16,373 nucleotides of DNA from Armatimonadota bacterium (GTDB lineage Bacteria; Armatimonadota; UBA5829; DTLH01): the NCBI GenBank assembly GCA_038207085.1, contig JBBRAE010000049.1:1-16373 (forward strand). The letters run 5' to 3'. The position numbers and the translations under genes are program-made. Positions 7,258 to 15,340 of the stretch are shown in pieces (positions within the stretch are counted from its first letter, which is position 1; every line of letters starts with the position of its first letter). The notes under the pieces were generated by a model that was not told the DNA's origin, ran no database searches, and was given only the letters and a program-made list of their open reading frames with translations.

Positions 7258-7313
7258 AGTGCAGAGTAAAGAGTGCAGAGTGCCCGTTGTTTCGGGGACC
7301 CTGTCCCCGAAAC
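7258..7313. repeat. Heptamer array followed by a GC-rich palindrome
   Basis: agtgcag agtaaag agtgcag agtgccc (7258-7285); GTTTCGGGGAC-CCT-GTCCCCGAAAC (7289-7313). Confidence 0.7.
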
Positions 7314-7376
7314 CGAGCTATCGGCAAGCGATACAGCCTCCGCACTTTAAACTCTCTTGAATGGTGAAATGGACTT

Positions 7377-9053
7377 ATGGTAAAAGATGAACTCGTAAAG
7401 ATAGTGCAGTCGGCGCTTGAGAATGCACGCCAGAGCGGGCAGCTCTCGATCGAGCAGATGCCTGAGATCGAGATCGACGTTCCGCGCAACAAGGACTTCG
7501 GCGACTTTTCGACCAACGTGGCGATGGTGCTCGCGCGCCAGCTCGGCGCGCCACCCCGTGAGATCGCCCAGACGATCGTAGACATCGTCGCTGGCACCCC
7601 GGACGGGGTAGTAGACAAGGTGGAGATCGCCGGCGCGGGGTTCATCAACTTCTTTGTAAACGTCGACTGGTACCACCGCACCGTGCGCCGCATAAGCTCT
7701 GAGGGCGCAGGTTACGGCGCCACCAAGAAGCACGAGGGCCAAAGCGTCATCGTCGAATACGTGAGCGCGAACCCCAACGGCCCGATTACGGTCGGCAGCG
7801 GCCGGGGTGGCGCGATCGGCGACGTCGTCTCCCACCTGATGGAAGCAGTCGGCTACCGGGTCTACCGCGAGTACTACATCAACGACGCCCTAAACAGCAC
7901 CCAGATGCAGAACTTCGGCAAGTCACTTGAAGTGCGTTACCTCCAGCAGCTCGGCCACGACGCCAAGATGCCCGAAGACGGCTACCAGGGCGAGTACGTG
8001 ATACAGATCGCAAAAGACATAGTCGAGCACGACGGCGACAAATACGTCCATCTCCCCAAAGACGAGCGCGTAAGGCTCTTCACCGACATGGGCGAGCACG
8101 CGATGCTTGAGATGCAGAAGAAAGACCTCGAAGCCTTCGGGATCGTCTTTGACAACTGGTACTCGGAGCGCACGCTCCACGAGTCCAACAAAGTCTCAAA
8201 CGCAATCGAGGAGCTGAAGCGTCTGGGCTACGCCTACGACAAGGAAGGCGCTGTATGGCTCAAGTCCACCGAGTTTGGCGATGACAAAGACCGCACGCTG
8301 GTGCGATCAAACGGCCAGCCCACCTACATCGCAGCCGACACCGCGTATCACAAGGACAAGTTTGACCGTGGGTTCGACAAGGCGCTCAACATCTGGGGGC
8401 CTCACCACCACGGCTACATCGCACGGACCAAAGCCTCGCTATCCGCGCTTGGGTACGACGCCAACAGGCTCGACGTTCTAATCTTCCAGGTCGTGCGCCT
8501 GTTCTCCGGCGGCGAGCTTGTTATGATGAGCAAACGACGTGGCGACCTTGTGCCGCTTTCCGAGCTTGTGGACGAGGTCGGGCGCGACGCGGCGCGGTTC
8601 TTCCTGGTGATGCGAGGTGCGGACAGCGGGCTCGACTTCGACCTCGAACTTGCCAAGAAGGCATCGAGCGACAACCCCGTCTACTACGTTCAGTACGCCC
8701 ATGCCCGAATCTGCAGCATCCTGCGCTCGGCGCTTGAGCAGGGGATCGCGGCGCCAAGCGGCGACGACGTCGACCTGTCGCCTGTCTGCCACCAGAGCGA
8801 GATCGAGCTTATCAAGAAGCTTGCGGAGTGGCCGGAGATCCTTGAGCGCGCAGCCGAGTCCTACGAGCCGCACAGGCTCGCCGCCTACGCTCAGGACCTC
8901 GCCGCGCAGTTCCACGGGTTCTACCGCGACTGCCGCGTCCTTGGCGAGTCCGCCGAGACGACGGCCGCCCGCCTGGTGCTAGTGCAAGCCGCCAAAACGG
9001 TGCTTGCAAACGTGCTCGGGATGATGGGAATATCAGCGCCCGAAAAAATGTAA
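7377..9053 (+). CDS. argS: Arginine--tRNA ligase
   Basis: FGDFSTNVAM, AGAGFINF, VEYVSANPNGP, REYYIND, MSKRRG, NPVYYVQYAHARICSI, SAPEKM C-terminus. Confidence 0.97.
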   Translation: MVKDELVKIVQSALENARQSGQLSIEQMPEIEIDVPRNKDFGDFSTNVAMVLARQLGAPPREIAQTIVDIVAGTPDGVVDKVEIAGAGFINFFVNVDWYHRTVRRISSEGAGYGATKKHEGQSVIVEYVSANPNGPITVGSGRGGAIGDVVSHLMEAVGYRVYREYYINDALNSTQMQNFGKSLEVRYLQQLGHDAKMPEDGYQGEYVIQIAKDIVEHDGDKYVHLPKDERVRLFTDMGEHAMLEMQKKDLEAFGIVFDNWYSERTLHESNKVSNAIEELKRLGYAYDKEGAVWLKSTEFGDDKDRTLVRSNGQPTYIAADTAYHKDKFDRGFDKALNIWGPHHHGYIARTKASLSALGYDANRLDVLIFQVVRLFSGGELVMMSKRRGDLVPLSELVDEVGRDAARFFLVMRGADSGLDFDLELAKKASSDNPVYYVQYAHARICSILRSALEQGIAAPSGDDVDLSPVCHQSEIELIKKLAEWPEILERAAESYEPHRLAAYAQDLAAQFHGFYRDCRVLGESAETTAARLVLVQAAKTVLANVLGMMGISAPEKM

Positions 9054-9081
9054 GCGACCTGCGCGTCTATACTGAAACTAT

Positions 9082-9111
9082 GAGGGCGAGCCGCACGGTT
9101 CGCCCTCTTTT
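9082..9111 (+). terminator. Intrinsic terminator after argS
   Basis: GAGGGCGAGCC-GCAC-GGTTCGCCCTC followed by TTTT. Confidence 0.85.
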
Positions 9112-9193
9112 GTGTAAAGAACCGATAAAGGCAAAAAAGTGCATTTCTGGTCATGGTTGTGGGAAGCCGAAGAATTGTTGGGTGGATATCGAT

Positions 9194-10288
9194 ATGACTT
9201 CGCGTGAGCGGCTGCTTACAGCCACAAACAAGGGCAAACCGGACCGCATGCCCGCACAGGTGTATGCGTGGAGCCCGTATTTTCTCAATACTTTCTTGGG
9301 CGGCGGCGACCAGTTCGACGCCTATCGTGAGTCCGGTCTCGACTGGGTCGTCTCGGTCGCGCCTACTTACATCTACAACGTTAGGGACCTCGCCAACTGG
9401 CAGGTCGATGAGCGAATTCTCTCCGTCGACGGGCCCACCACCACATGGCAAGAAGTGATCACGACCCCCCTTGGCGTCTTGAACCGCAGCGGGATCCGCG
9501 ACGAGGTGACGGTCTGGGAGTCCGAGCCGCTCATCAAGTGTGAGTCGGACTTCGAGCTATTCCGCAGGTTCTACCCCATCCCATCGATTGTCGACCATAC
9601 CCCGGTCAGGGAAGCACAAGAACGCGTTGGCGACAACGGCATCGTCCGCACCGGGCTTTGGGGATACGGGCAACCTGGCCCCTGGCAGAGCCTGTGCTGC
9701 ATCGCCGGGCTCCAGCAGACGATAGAGTTCGCGCTCGACAACCCGGGGTGGACGCTTTACGCGCTGCAGTGCATCGTCGATATGCAGCTGCGCGTGATTG
9801 AGAAGATGCGGGGCATGCCCGCCGACCTCGTCGAAGTCGGTGGAGGCGCGGGCTCCAGCACCGTCATCAGTCCCAAGCTCCACAGAGGGTTCTGCCTGCG
9901 CTACGACAAGCAGATCCACGACGCCCTGCACTCCATCGGCCTGCCAACGGTATATCACCTCTGCGGCGGACTTATGGGCCAGCTTGAGAGCGTGTTCGAA
10001 AACGGCACGGAGGGGCTTGGCTCTATGGCGCCTGTCGGGATCGGCGGCGACTGCGATCTTGAAGTGGCGTACAAACGGGTCGACGGCAGGATGTTTGTCG
10101 TGGGCGGCTTTGATCAGATCGAGGGCTTCGAGCTCGGCGGCCCTGAAGACGTCCGCCGGATGGTTCACGCCTGCCACACTGCCTGCCCAAACGGCGGGTA
10201 CATCTGCTCCACGACCGACAGCGTCCTTCGCGCAAAGCCCGAGAACCTGCGCGCCTACGCCGACGCGGCGCGCGAGTGCGTCTACTGA
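9194..10288 (+). CDS. Uroporphyrinogen decarboxylase / MtaA-CmuA-like family protein
   Basis: Start re-assigned to MTSRERLL...KPDRMP, the typical family N-terminus (364 aa). Also ISPKLH, YHLCGG, GGFDQ, GGYI...PENLRAY. Confidence 0.85.
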   Translation: MTSRERLLTATNKGKPDRMPAQVYAWSPYFLNTFLGGGDQFDAYRESGLDWVVSVAPTYIYNVRDLANWQVDERILSVDGPTTTWQEVITTPLGVLNRSGIRDEVTVWESEPLIKCESDFELFRRFYPIPSIVDHTPVREAQERVGDNGIVRTGLWGYGQPGPWQSLCCIAGLQQTIEFALDNPGWTLYALQCIVDMQLRVIEKMRGMPADLVEVGGGAGSSTVISPKLHRGFCLRYDKQIHDALHSIGLPTVYHLCGGLMGQLESVFENGTEGLGSMAPVGIGGDCDLEVAYKRVDGRMFVVGGFDQIEGFELGGPEDVRRMVHACHTACPNGGYICSTTDSVLRAKPENLRAYADAARECVY

Positions 10289-10295
10289 GAAGAAC

Positions 10296-10360
10296 CATTG
10301 CAGATACTTCGAAGCAAGAGCTGCGAGATATCACTCAAATCCAGGTTAAGCGTGCGCCAG
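10296..10360. repeat. Degenerate dispersed repeat, copy B
   Basis: Collinear shared blocks with 5560-5641; the terminal 17-mer is 16/17 identical. Confidence 0.65.
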
Positions 10361-10440
10361 GCTGGGGTCGTTTGGCGGGGTGAATGGCGGGAAACAATGA
10401 GTATGGAGGTCACGAACGGGCATTTTGTCAGCTTCTCCGA

Positions 10441-10469
10441 TTGGCACGGCGGGATTCTCATGATATAAT
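10441..10469 (+). promoter_or_regulatory. Sigma70-type promoter for the Cys-rich protein
   Basis: TTGGCA-17 nt-TATAAT with an extended TG. Confidence 0.65.
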
Positions 10470-10555
10470 GAGAGTGGTTTTATCCAAGCACGCCGTTTGT
10501 TCTGCTTCAGGGACCTAGAGCGTAGCTATTTATTCCAGAAGCGGGGGTGTAACCA

Positions 10556-10921
10556 ATGGGCACGAAGCCTTTTATCAAATGCAATTGCGGCCAGCGGATC
10601 ATCGCCAAGGATGTGATGCAGACCGGCTATTACCTCCGACTGTTCGGCCCTAGCTTCGTGTACGTCAAGTTCCGATGTTCCCGTTGCAAGAAGCTGGGTG
10701 AGCAGTTCGTTAAGCAGGAAGAATGGGAAGACGGCATCCTGCGGGAAGTCGCCAACGAGATATCCACGAATGAACGTGAGGTGTTCGAAGAAATGGGGCC
10801 GATCGATATCAACGAACTGATCGATGCCCATTTCAAGCTGGACAGCCTTTCGTCCCTCCCGGACTTCACTCCTCCCCTAAAAGAGGAGCCTGCAAAGCAG
10901 GAGACCGACGAAAAGAAGTAA
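10556..10921 (+). CDS. Small hypothetical protein with a putative Zn-ribbon and an acidic C-terminal half
   Basis: CNC...CSRC, own promoter, GGGGG SD-like sequence, downstream hairpin. Confidence 0.8.
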   Translation: MGTKPFIKCNCGQRIIAKDVMQTGYYLRLFGPSFVYVKFRCSRCKKLGEQFVKQEEWEDGILREVANEISTNEREVFEEMGPIDINELIDAHFKLDSLSSLPDFTPPLKEEPAKQETDEKK

Positions 10922-10954
10922 CCGCCGGCCCACCCTGGGCGCTGCGTAAGAAAT

Positions 10955-10989
10955 AAGGGGAAGCAAGCCAGTAGCGCATGCTTCCCCTT
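10955..10989 (+). terminator. Hairpin, possible terminator
   Basis: 11-bp stem AAGGGGAAGCA/TGCTTCCCCTT; the U-tract is weak. Confidence 0.5.
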
Positions 10990-11135
10990 CTGCATTTATC
11001 TCCAAACTAAAGAAAAGCCCCAACTCTGCCGATACTCCTCATGTTGGGAAGTGAAAATTGCATTTTACATTGCCCAAACGCCCTACTGAGGAACATCTCC
11101 CCAGTAGTTTTGGCGGCGTTACGATTAGACCTGAC

Positions 11136-11165
11136 TTGACTTGGATAGGAAAGGTCGCTTACCAT
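11136..11165 (+). promoter_or_regulatory. Possible sigma70 promoter for the NlpC/P60 gene
   Basis: TTGACT-18 nt-TACCAT. Confidence 0.4.
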
Positions 11166-11201
11166 GTCAGTGGTTATGAATACCCAGAAGGAAGTGATGT
11201 A

Positions 11202-11912
11202 TTGAAGCATAGACTTCACGCAGTCGGGATCGGCGTGACGATCCTGGCGCTGATGTCGTCGAGTGTAAGCCTTTTTGCCTCCGAGCATATGGTAAAGAAG
11301 GGTGATACGCTGTACAGCATCGCCAAGCGAAACCATGTAAAGGTAGACGATATCAAGCGGGCAAACAATCTAAGCAGCAAGAAACCGCTTCAGATAGGTC
11401 AGACACTGACCGTTCCATCCGCTGAAGAGTCCGTTGTGGCTAAAAGTGACGACTCGGCACAGAGCGCTGAGAAGTCCAGGGCGATAGTCTCCCGTTTTGG
11501 CCGCAGGACATCTATACAGATAGCCAAAGCCGAATCCGCTCCTGGCGTAGCCCGGACCGCGCTTGCATACCGCGGCGCTCCTTATGTCCGAGGTGGCACC
11601 GGAAGCCGTGGGTTCGACTGTTCAGGCTTTACCCGCCACGTCTACGCTCGATACGGCGTCCGTCTCCCCCACCAGTCCGGTGCTCAGGCCAACTGCGGCC
11701 AGGCTGTAACAAAGGGTGAGATGAAATCCGGCGACCTCGTGTTCTTCCAGACCCGGGGCGGCAAGCGAATATCCCACGTCGGGATCTACGTCGGAAACAA
11801 CCGCTTCGTCCACGCGGCAACGCCCGGACGCGGTGTGATCGTAAGCTCGCTCTCCGACAGCTACTACGCAAACCGCTTCCGCTGCGCACGAAGGGTAGCA
11901 AGAGCCGAGTAG
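11202..11912 (+). CDS. LysM + NlpC/P60 (C40) peptidoglycan endopeptidase
   Basis: TTG start after AAGGAAGTGA, signal peptide, LysM (HMVKKGDTLYSIAKR), GAPYVRGG...GFDCSGF, GDLVFF, SHVGIYVG..FVHA. Confidence 0.93.
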   Translation: MKHRLHAVGIGVTILALMSSSVSLFASEHMVKKGDTLYSIAKRNHVKVDDIKRANNLSSKKPLQIGQTLTVPSAEESVVAKSDDSAQSAEKSRAIVSRFGRRTSIQIAKAESAPGVARTALAYRGAPYVRGGTGSRGFDCSGFTRHVYARYGVRLPHQSGAQANCGQAVTKGEMKSGDLVFFQTRGGKRISHVGIYVGNNRFVHAATPGRGVIVSSLSDSYYANRFRCARRVARAE

Positions 11913-11936
11913 ACCGCTCGACACAAACAGAGTTTG

Positions 11937-11975
11937 AAACGGGACTGCGACCCAACTGGGTGCCGTCCCGTTTTT
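11937..11975 (+). terminator. Intrinsic terminator
   Basis: AAACGGGAC...GTCCCGTTT followed by further T residues. Confidence 0.75.
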
Positions 11976-11983
11976 GCATCTAC

Positions 11984-12252
11984 CTCCACGCCCCCATCAC
12001 CTCAAGCGACTGCGTGAACGCCTCCGGCGCGACGTGAACTTAGCCATCGAACGGGTGGTCGATCGCAAAGACGGTGAACACCATGATTGATATCATCGCC
12101 GCAAGCGCCACGACGTAGAGGCCTTCCACGTCCTGCGTGCCCTGCATCGTAGTCCCCCACCGGCGCACCACCCAGACCAGCGCAACCGAGAGAAGCACGC
12201 TGACCACAATCACCGACGCGACTAATAGAAAGAACTTCATGTTGGTGTCCAT
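11984..12252 (-). pseudogene. Internally deleted, nonsense-interrupted DUF4239/bestrophin-like membrane protein remnant
   Basis: 70-aa ORF ends ...FAIDHPFDG*. The same frame continues VHVAPEAFTQSLEVM, resembling the recalled family C-terminus (D.PF.G...V.P..F). The N-terminal TM and DVEG resemble the family start. Confidence 0.6.
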
Positions 12253-12261
12253 ATTGCTATG

Positions 12262-12289
12262 TTGTTACCCGCCTGAACGCTGCTATAAT
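12262..12289 (+). promoter_or_regulatory. Extended -10 promoter; probable leaderless transcript
   Basis: TTGTTA-16 nt-TATAAT with TG; ATG begins 7 nt after the -10 and no SD is present. Confidence 0.6.
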
Positions 12290-12295
12290 GATGCC

Positions 12296-12820
12296 ATGAT
12301 GCACTCAACCAAGCCCTGCAAGCTCCCGGACGTCCTCGCGCCCAGTCTCGCTGTCGTCTTCTGCGGAACAGCCGCCGGAACCGTATCAGCTGCCTGCGGC
12401 CTCTACTATAGCGGTCCCGGCAACAGATTCTGGCCCACGCTCCGGGAAGAAGCGCTCGTCCCCGAGGACTTCTCTATTGAGCACTACCAATCGCTCCCCA
12501 CCTACGGAATAGGCCTAACGGACCTTATCAAAAACGACTCCGGGATGGACCAGGAGATACGCCGAGCCACCCCTGAGGACAGGAACCAAATCGATGCAAT
12601 AATCGCCAACTACCACCCCAAAATCCTAGCCTTTACAAGCCAGCGAGCCGCCTGCGAATATCTCGACACCCACAACATAGAGCTGGGCTCTCGCCCCCAC
12701 GACACTTTCCCGGAAATCCTGATCTACGTCCTCCCCTCCCCCTCCCGAGCAAACGGCCACTGGGCCAAACAACACCATCACTGGTCAACCCTGGCCCAAC
12801 TGGTCAAGAGGAGCCGCTAA
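12296..12820 (+). CDS. mug: Mismatch-specific uracil-DNA glycosylase (UDG family 2, MUG/TDG-like)
   Basis: LPDVLAPSLAVVFCG, YYSGPGNRFWPTL, GIGLTDLIK, VLPSPS. Confidence 0.88.
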   Translation: MMHSTKPCKLPDVLAPSLAVVFCGTAAGTVSAACGLYYSGPGNRFWPTLREEALVPEDFSIEHYQSLPTYGIGLTDLIKNDSGMDQEIRRATPEDRNQIDAIIANYHPKILAFTSQRAACEYLDTHNIELGSRPHDTFPEILIYVLPSPSRANGHWAKQHHHWSTLAQLVKRSR

Positions 12821-12850
12821 AAGCTAAAAGCTAACGGCTAAAAGCTCCCG
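12816..12850 (+). repeat. Heptamer tandem array (GCTAAAA-like x5)
   Basis: gctaaaa gctaaaa gctaacg gctaaaa gctcccg, overlapping the mug stop codon. Confidence 0.8.
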
Positions 12851-12858
12851 GAAATTAT

Positions 12859-12888
12859 TTGACAGGCGAGCCTATTGTGCGGTAATAT
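12859..12888 (+). promoter_or_regulatory. Sigma70-type promoter for fba
   Basis: TTGACA-18 nt-TAATAT. Confidence 0.55.
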
Positions 12889-13054
12889 TTAATGGCGACA
12901 ATAGGTTGATCTAGCTGCCCTGGAACTCATTGGGGCATATCAGCGGGCAATGAAGCGCAGAGTTGACGGTTCATTGCCCGTTACTTGCGAACGGGGTTGG
13001 ACGCGGATTAACTGTTGGGGCCGCCAATATCTACAAGGAGTACTGAAAACTCAA

Positions 13055-14005
13055 ATGATTGTCACCACCAAGCAGCTTTTTGAGCAGGCCTACGGCAAGT
13101 ATGCTATCGGCGCTTACAACATCAACAACGCTGAGCAGACCATGGGCCTTTTCAGAGGCAATATGGACAGCAAGGCGCCGTTCATCGTTCAGATTTCAAG
13201 CGGCGCACGCAAGTACACCAACAAGCTTATGCTCGAGTCTATGATTCGCGCAGCCGGCGAAATCTTCCCTGACGCCATCTACGCGGTGCATCTTGACCAC
13301 GGCGACGAAGAGACCTGCTACGACTGCATCGACTCCGGCTTCTACAGCTCGGTTATGATCGACGCAAGCGGCCTTCCCTTCGACGAGAACATCGCCGCGA
13401 CCAAGAGAGTCGTTGATCGCGCCCACGCAAAGGGAATCAGCGTTGAGGCTGAACTTGGCAAGCTCGGCGGCGTCGAGGAGCACGTTTCGGTTGCAGAAGC
13501 CGACGCAAAGCTCACCGACCCGGACCAGGCAGCTGAGTTCGTCGAGAGAAGCGGCTGCGACTCCCTCGCATGCGCGATCGGCACCAGCCACGGCGCGTTC
13601 AAATTCGCCGGAAGCCAGGGCCTGCACTTCGACGTAGTCAAGCGGATCCAGGAGCTCCTTCCCGGGTTCCCGCTCGTCCTTCACGGTTCATCCAGCGTCC
13701 CGCAGGATGAGGTCGAGAGGATCAACGCCGCAGGCGGCGCAATGAAGGGCGCAAAGGGCGTCGATGTGAATCAGTACCTCCCGGCTGCAAAGCTCGGCGT
13801 CTGCAAGATCAACATCGACACCGACGGCCGACTCGTTTGGACCCGCGTTCACCGCGAGTATTTCCGAGACAAGCCCGAGACCTTCGACTTCAGACCCATC
13901 GGCAAGGTCTTCATGGACGAGTACGCGAAGTTCATCGCCAGCCGCAACGAGCTCCTGGGCTCAGCTGGCACGCTCGAAGATGTCCGCAAGGCCATCACAA
14001 AGTAA
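13055..14005 (+). CDS. fba: Class II fructose-1,6-bisphosphate aldolase
   Basis: YAIGAYNINN, VHLDHG, SSVMIDAS, VEAELG, AIGTSHG, LVLHGSS, KINIDTD; AAGGAG upstream of ATG 13055. Confidence 0.95.
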   Translation: MIVTTKQLFEQAYGKYAIGAYNINNAEQTMGLFRGNMDSKAPFIVQISSGARKYTNKLMLESMIRAAGEIFPDAIYAVHLDHGDEETCYDCIDSGFYSSVMIDASGLPFDENIAATKRVVDRAHAKGISVEAELGKLGGVEEHVSVAEADAKLTDPDQAAEFVERSGCDSLACAIGTSHGAFKFAGSQGLHFDVVKRIQELLPGFPLVLHGSSSVPQDEVERINAAGGAMKGAKGVDVNQYLPAAKLGVCKINIDTDGRLVWTRVHREYFRDKPETFDFRPIGKVFMDEYAKFIASRNELLGSAGTLEDVRKAITK

Positions 14006-14015
14006 TTTCGTGAAT

Positions 14016-14041
14016 GTAGGGGCGGACCAACGTGTCCGCCC
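14016..14041 (+). repeat. GTAG-type REP-like palindrome (copy 2)
   Basis: GTAG-GGGCGGAC-CAACGT-GTCCGCCC, 10 nt after the fba stop. Confidence 0.7.
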
Positions 14042-14055
14042 TTATTCATGCAATA

Positions 14056-14103
14056 GACGCAAGAAAGGGACAGAAGCCTAAGCCTCCGTCCCTATTTTGC
14101 GTC
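14056..14103. terminator. Probable bidirectional terminator between convergent genes
   Basis: Nested stems GACGCAA/TTGCGTC and AGGGAC/GTCCCT. Confidence 0.65.
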
Positions 14104-14115
14104 TGTCGGAATATT

Positions 14116-14880
14116 TTATCGACCGCGCCCCTTTTGACTCTGCGGCGGTTTCATCGATTTTGAAAGCGTGTTGAACTGGTCCTCAGAAAGAATCTTGCGA
14201 AGCTCCTTCTGACGCGCCACGGTCTCGTTTAGCATGCTGCGCTCTGTGTCACCCACGCGATCGATCTGCGAGTTGACCGATTTTTCGTCAAAGTCATAAC
14301 CCAGATAGAGCTTCCGCAGGTTCCCCATCTCCGTTCGCATCTTGGAGGTCAGGCTGTCGACCTCATTGCGTGACTTGTCAAAGAGCTTTGCGATCCGTTT
14401 CTGCTGATCGTCGGACAATTTGAGCTTGTCGAGATCAGCGTTCTGTGGCAGCCCGTAGGCCCCCCAACCCTCACCGGGGCCTCGCCTGCCCGGGCCACGC
14501 TCCCCGACCGCCTCACCTAGCTCCGCGAACTGCTGACGGGTGAGAATCTGCCGCAAGCCCACCTGGTTCTGGTAGCTGATCTGCATAAGCTTTCTTTGCA
14601 GAGTGTTGATCCGGTCGACCGACGCCGCGACCCGCTTGTCATCGAGCTTATACTGCCTGAGTTGGCCGAACAGATCCATGCGGGCGCCTTGGAGGTCCCC
14701 ACGCGTGTCAGCCATCTTGTCCCGGCTCGCCTTGATGTGGTCGCGCAGCTTGTCACGCTGTCCCGGAGTGAGGTTCAGCTTGGGCGAGTCGCCGCCCTTT
14801 TGCGCGAACACCGGCGCGGCGAAGATCATCGCCGCGATAGTGAGCAGCGCCCAAAGGACGCCCAAACGTCTATAGCTCAT
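14116..14880 (-). CDS. Secreted Spy/CpxP/ZraP-like (LTXXQ) protein with two tandem domains
   Basis: Signal peptide ending VFA-Q; four LTXXQ-like motifs (LTPGQ, LTRQQ, LSDDQ, LSEDQ) separated by a Gly/Arg-rich linker. Confidence 0.85.
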   Translation of the reverse strand: MSYRRLGVLWALLTIAAMIFAAPVFAQKGGDSPKLNLTPGQRDKLRDHIKASRDKMADTRGDLQGARMDLFGQLRQYKLDDKRVAASVDRINTLQRKLMQISYQNQVGLRQILTRQQFAELGEAVGERGPGRRGPGEGWGAYGLPQNADLDKLKLSDDQQKRIAKLFDKSRNEVDSLTSKMRTEMGNLRKLYLGYDFDEKSVNSQIDRVGDTERSMLNETVARQKELRKILSEDQFNTLSKSMKPPQSQKGRGR

Positions 14881-15340
14881 CTTCGATCACCTTTAACATG
14901 TCGTCGGTCGTTCCGGTGAGCTGGTCATCGGTTTGCTGAACAGCGGGTTGCACCTGCATCAGCGCCGCAGCCTGTCTGATACTGTTCTTTTCGGACGAGT
15001 TCGTATTCCACGGAGCCCCCGCGATCAGAATCGCTGCAAATATCGAAAACACTGCAACCCCTGCCGCGAGCCTGCGGGCAAACATCGTCCACGCGATGCC
15101 AAGCGCCCACACCGGCCTGCGCTCTGTTCTCACGCGGTTCTCAACACGCGACCAAACATCCTTGGACGGCGAGACCTGAGGTACGGCCGCAAGTCGCTCA
15201 GCGAACCTCACCTCATTGCTAAGCATCTCCCGGCAGTGCGGGCACGCTTCGAGATGAGCCTTGACCGCGTCCGACTCAAGCGGACTCAGCAGACCCCTGC
15301 TGTAGTCCAAAAGAATCGGTTGTGCCTGAATGCATTTCAT
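14870..15340 (-). CDS. Zinc-binding (zf-HC2/ZAS) transmembrane anti-sigma factor
   Basis: MKC...HLEACPHC (HxxxCxxC), one TM helix, overlaps the ECF sigma gene. Confidence 0.92.
   Translation of the reverse strand: MKCIQAQPILLDYSRGLLSPLESDAVKAHLEACPHCREMLSNEVRFAERLAAVPQVSPSKDVWSRVENRVRTERRPVWALGIAWTMFARRLAAGVAVFSIFAAILIAGAPWNTNSSEKNSIRQAAALMQVQPAVQQTDDQLTGTTDDMLKVIEDEL

Noticed and set aside
10335..10445. c-di-AMP (ydaO) riboswitch, suggested by AATCC, GGGGTGAAT and GTCAGCT
   Set aside because: The expected pairings and the CCCGAA / GCTAAC context are missing, and the region lies upstream of the predicted promoter. A cmscan would settle it
10442..10458. Sigma54 promoters at TGGCACG (also at 111)
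   Set aside because: No TTGC -12 element at the required spacing
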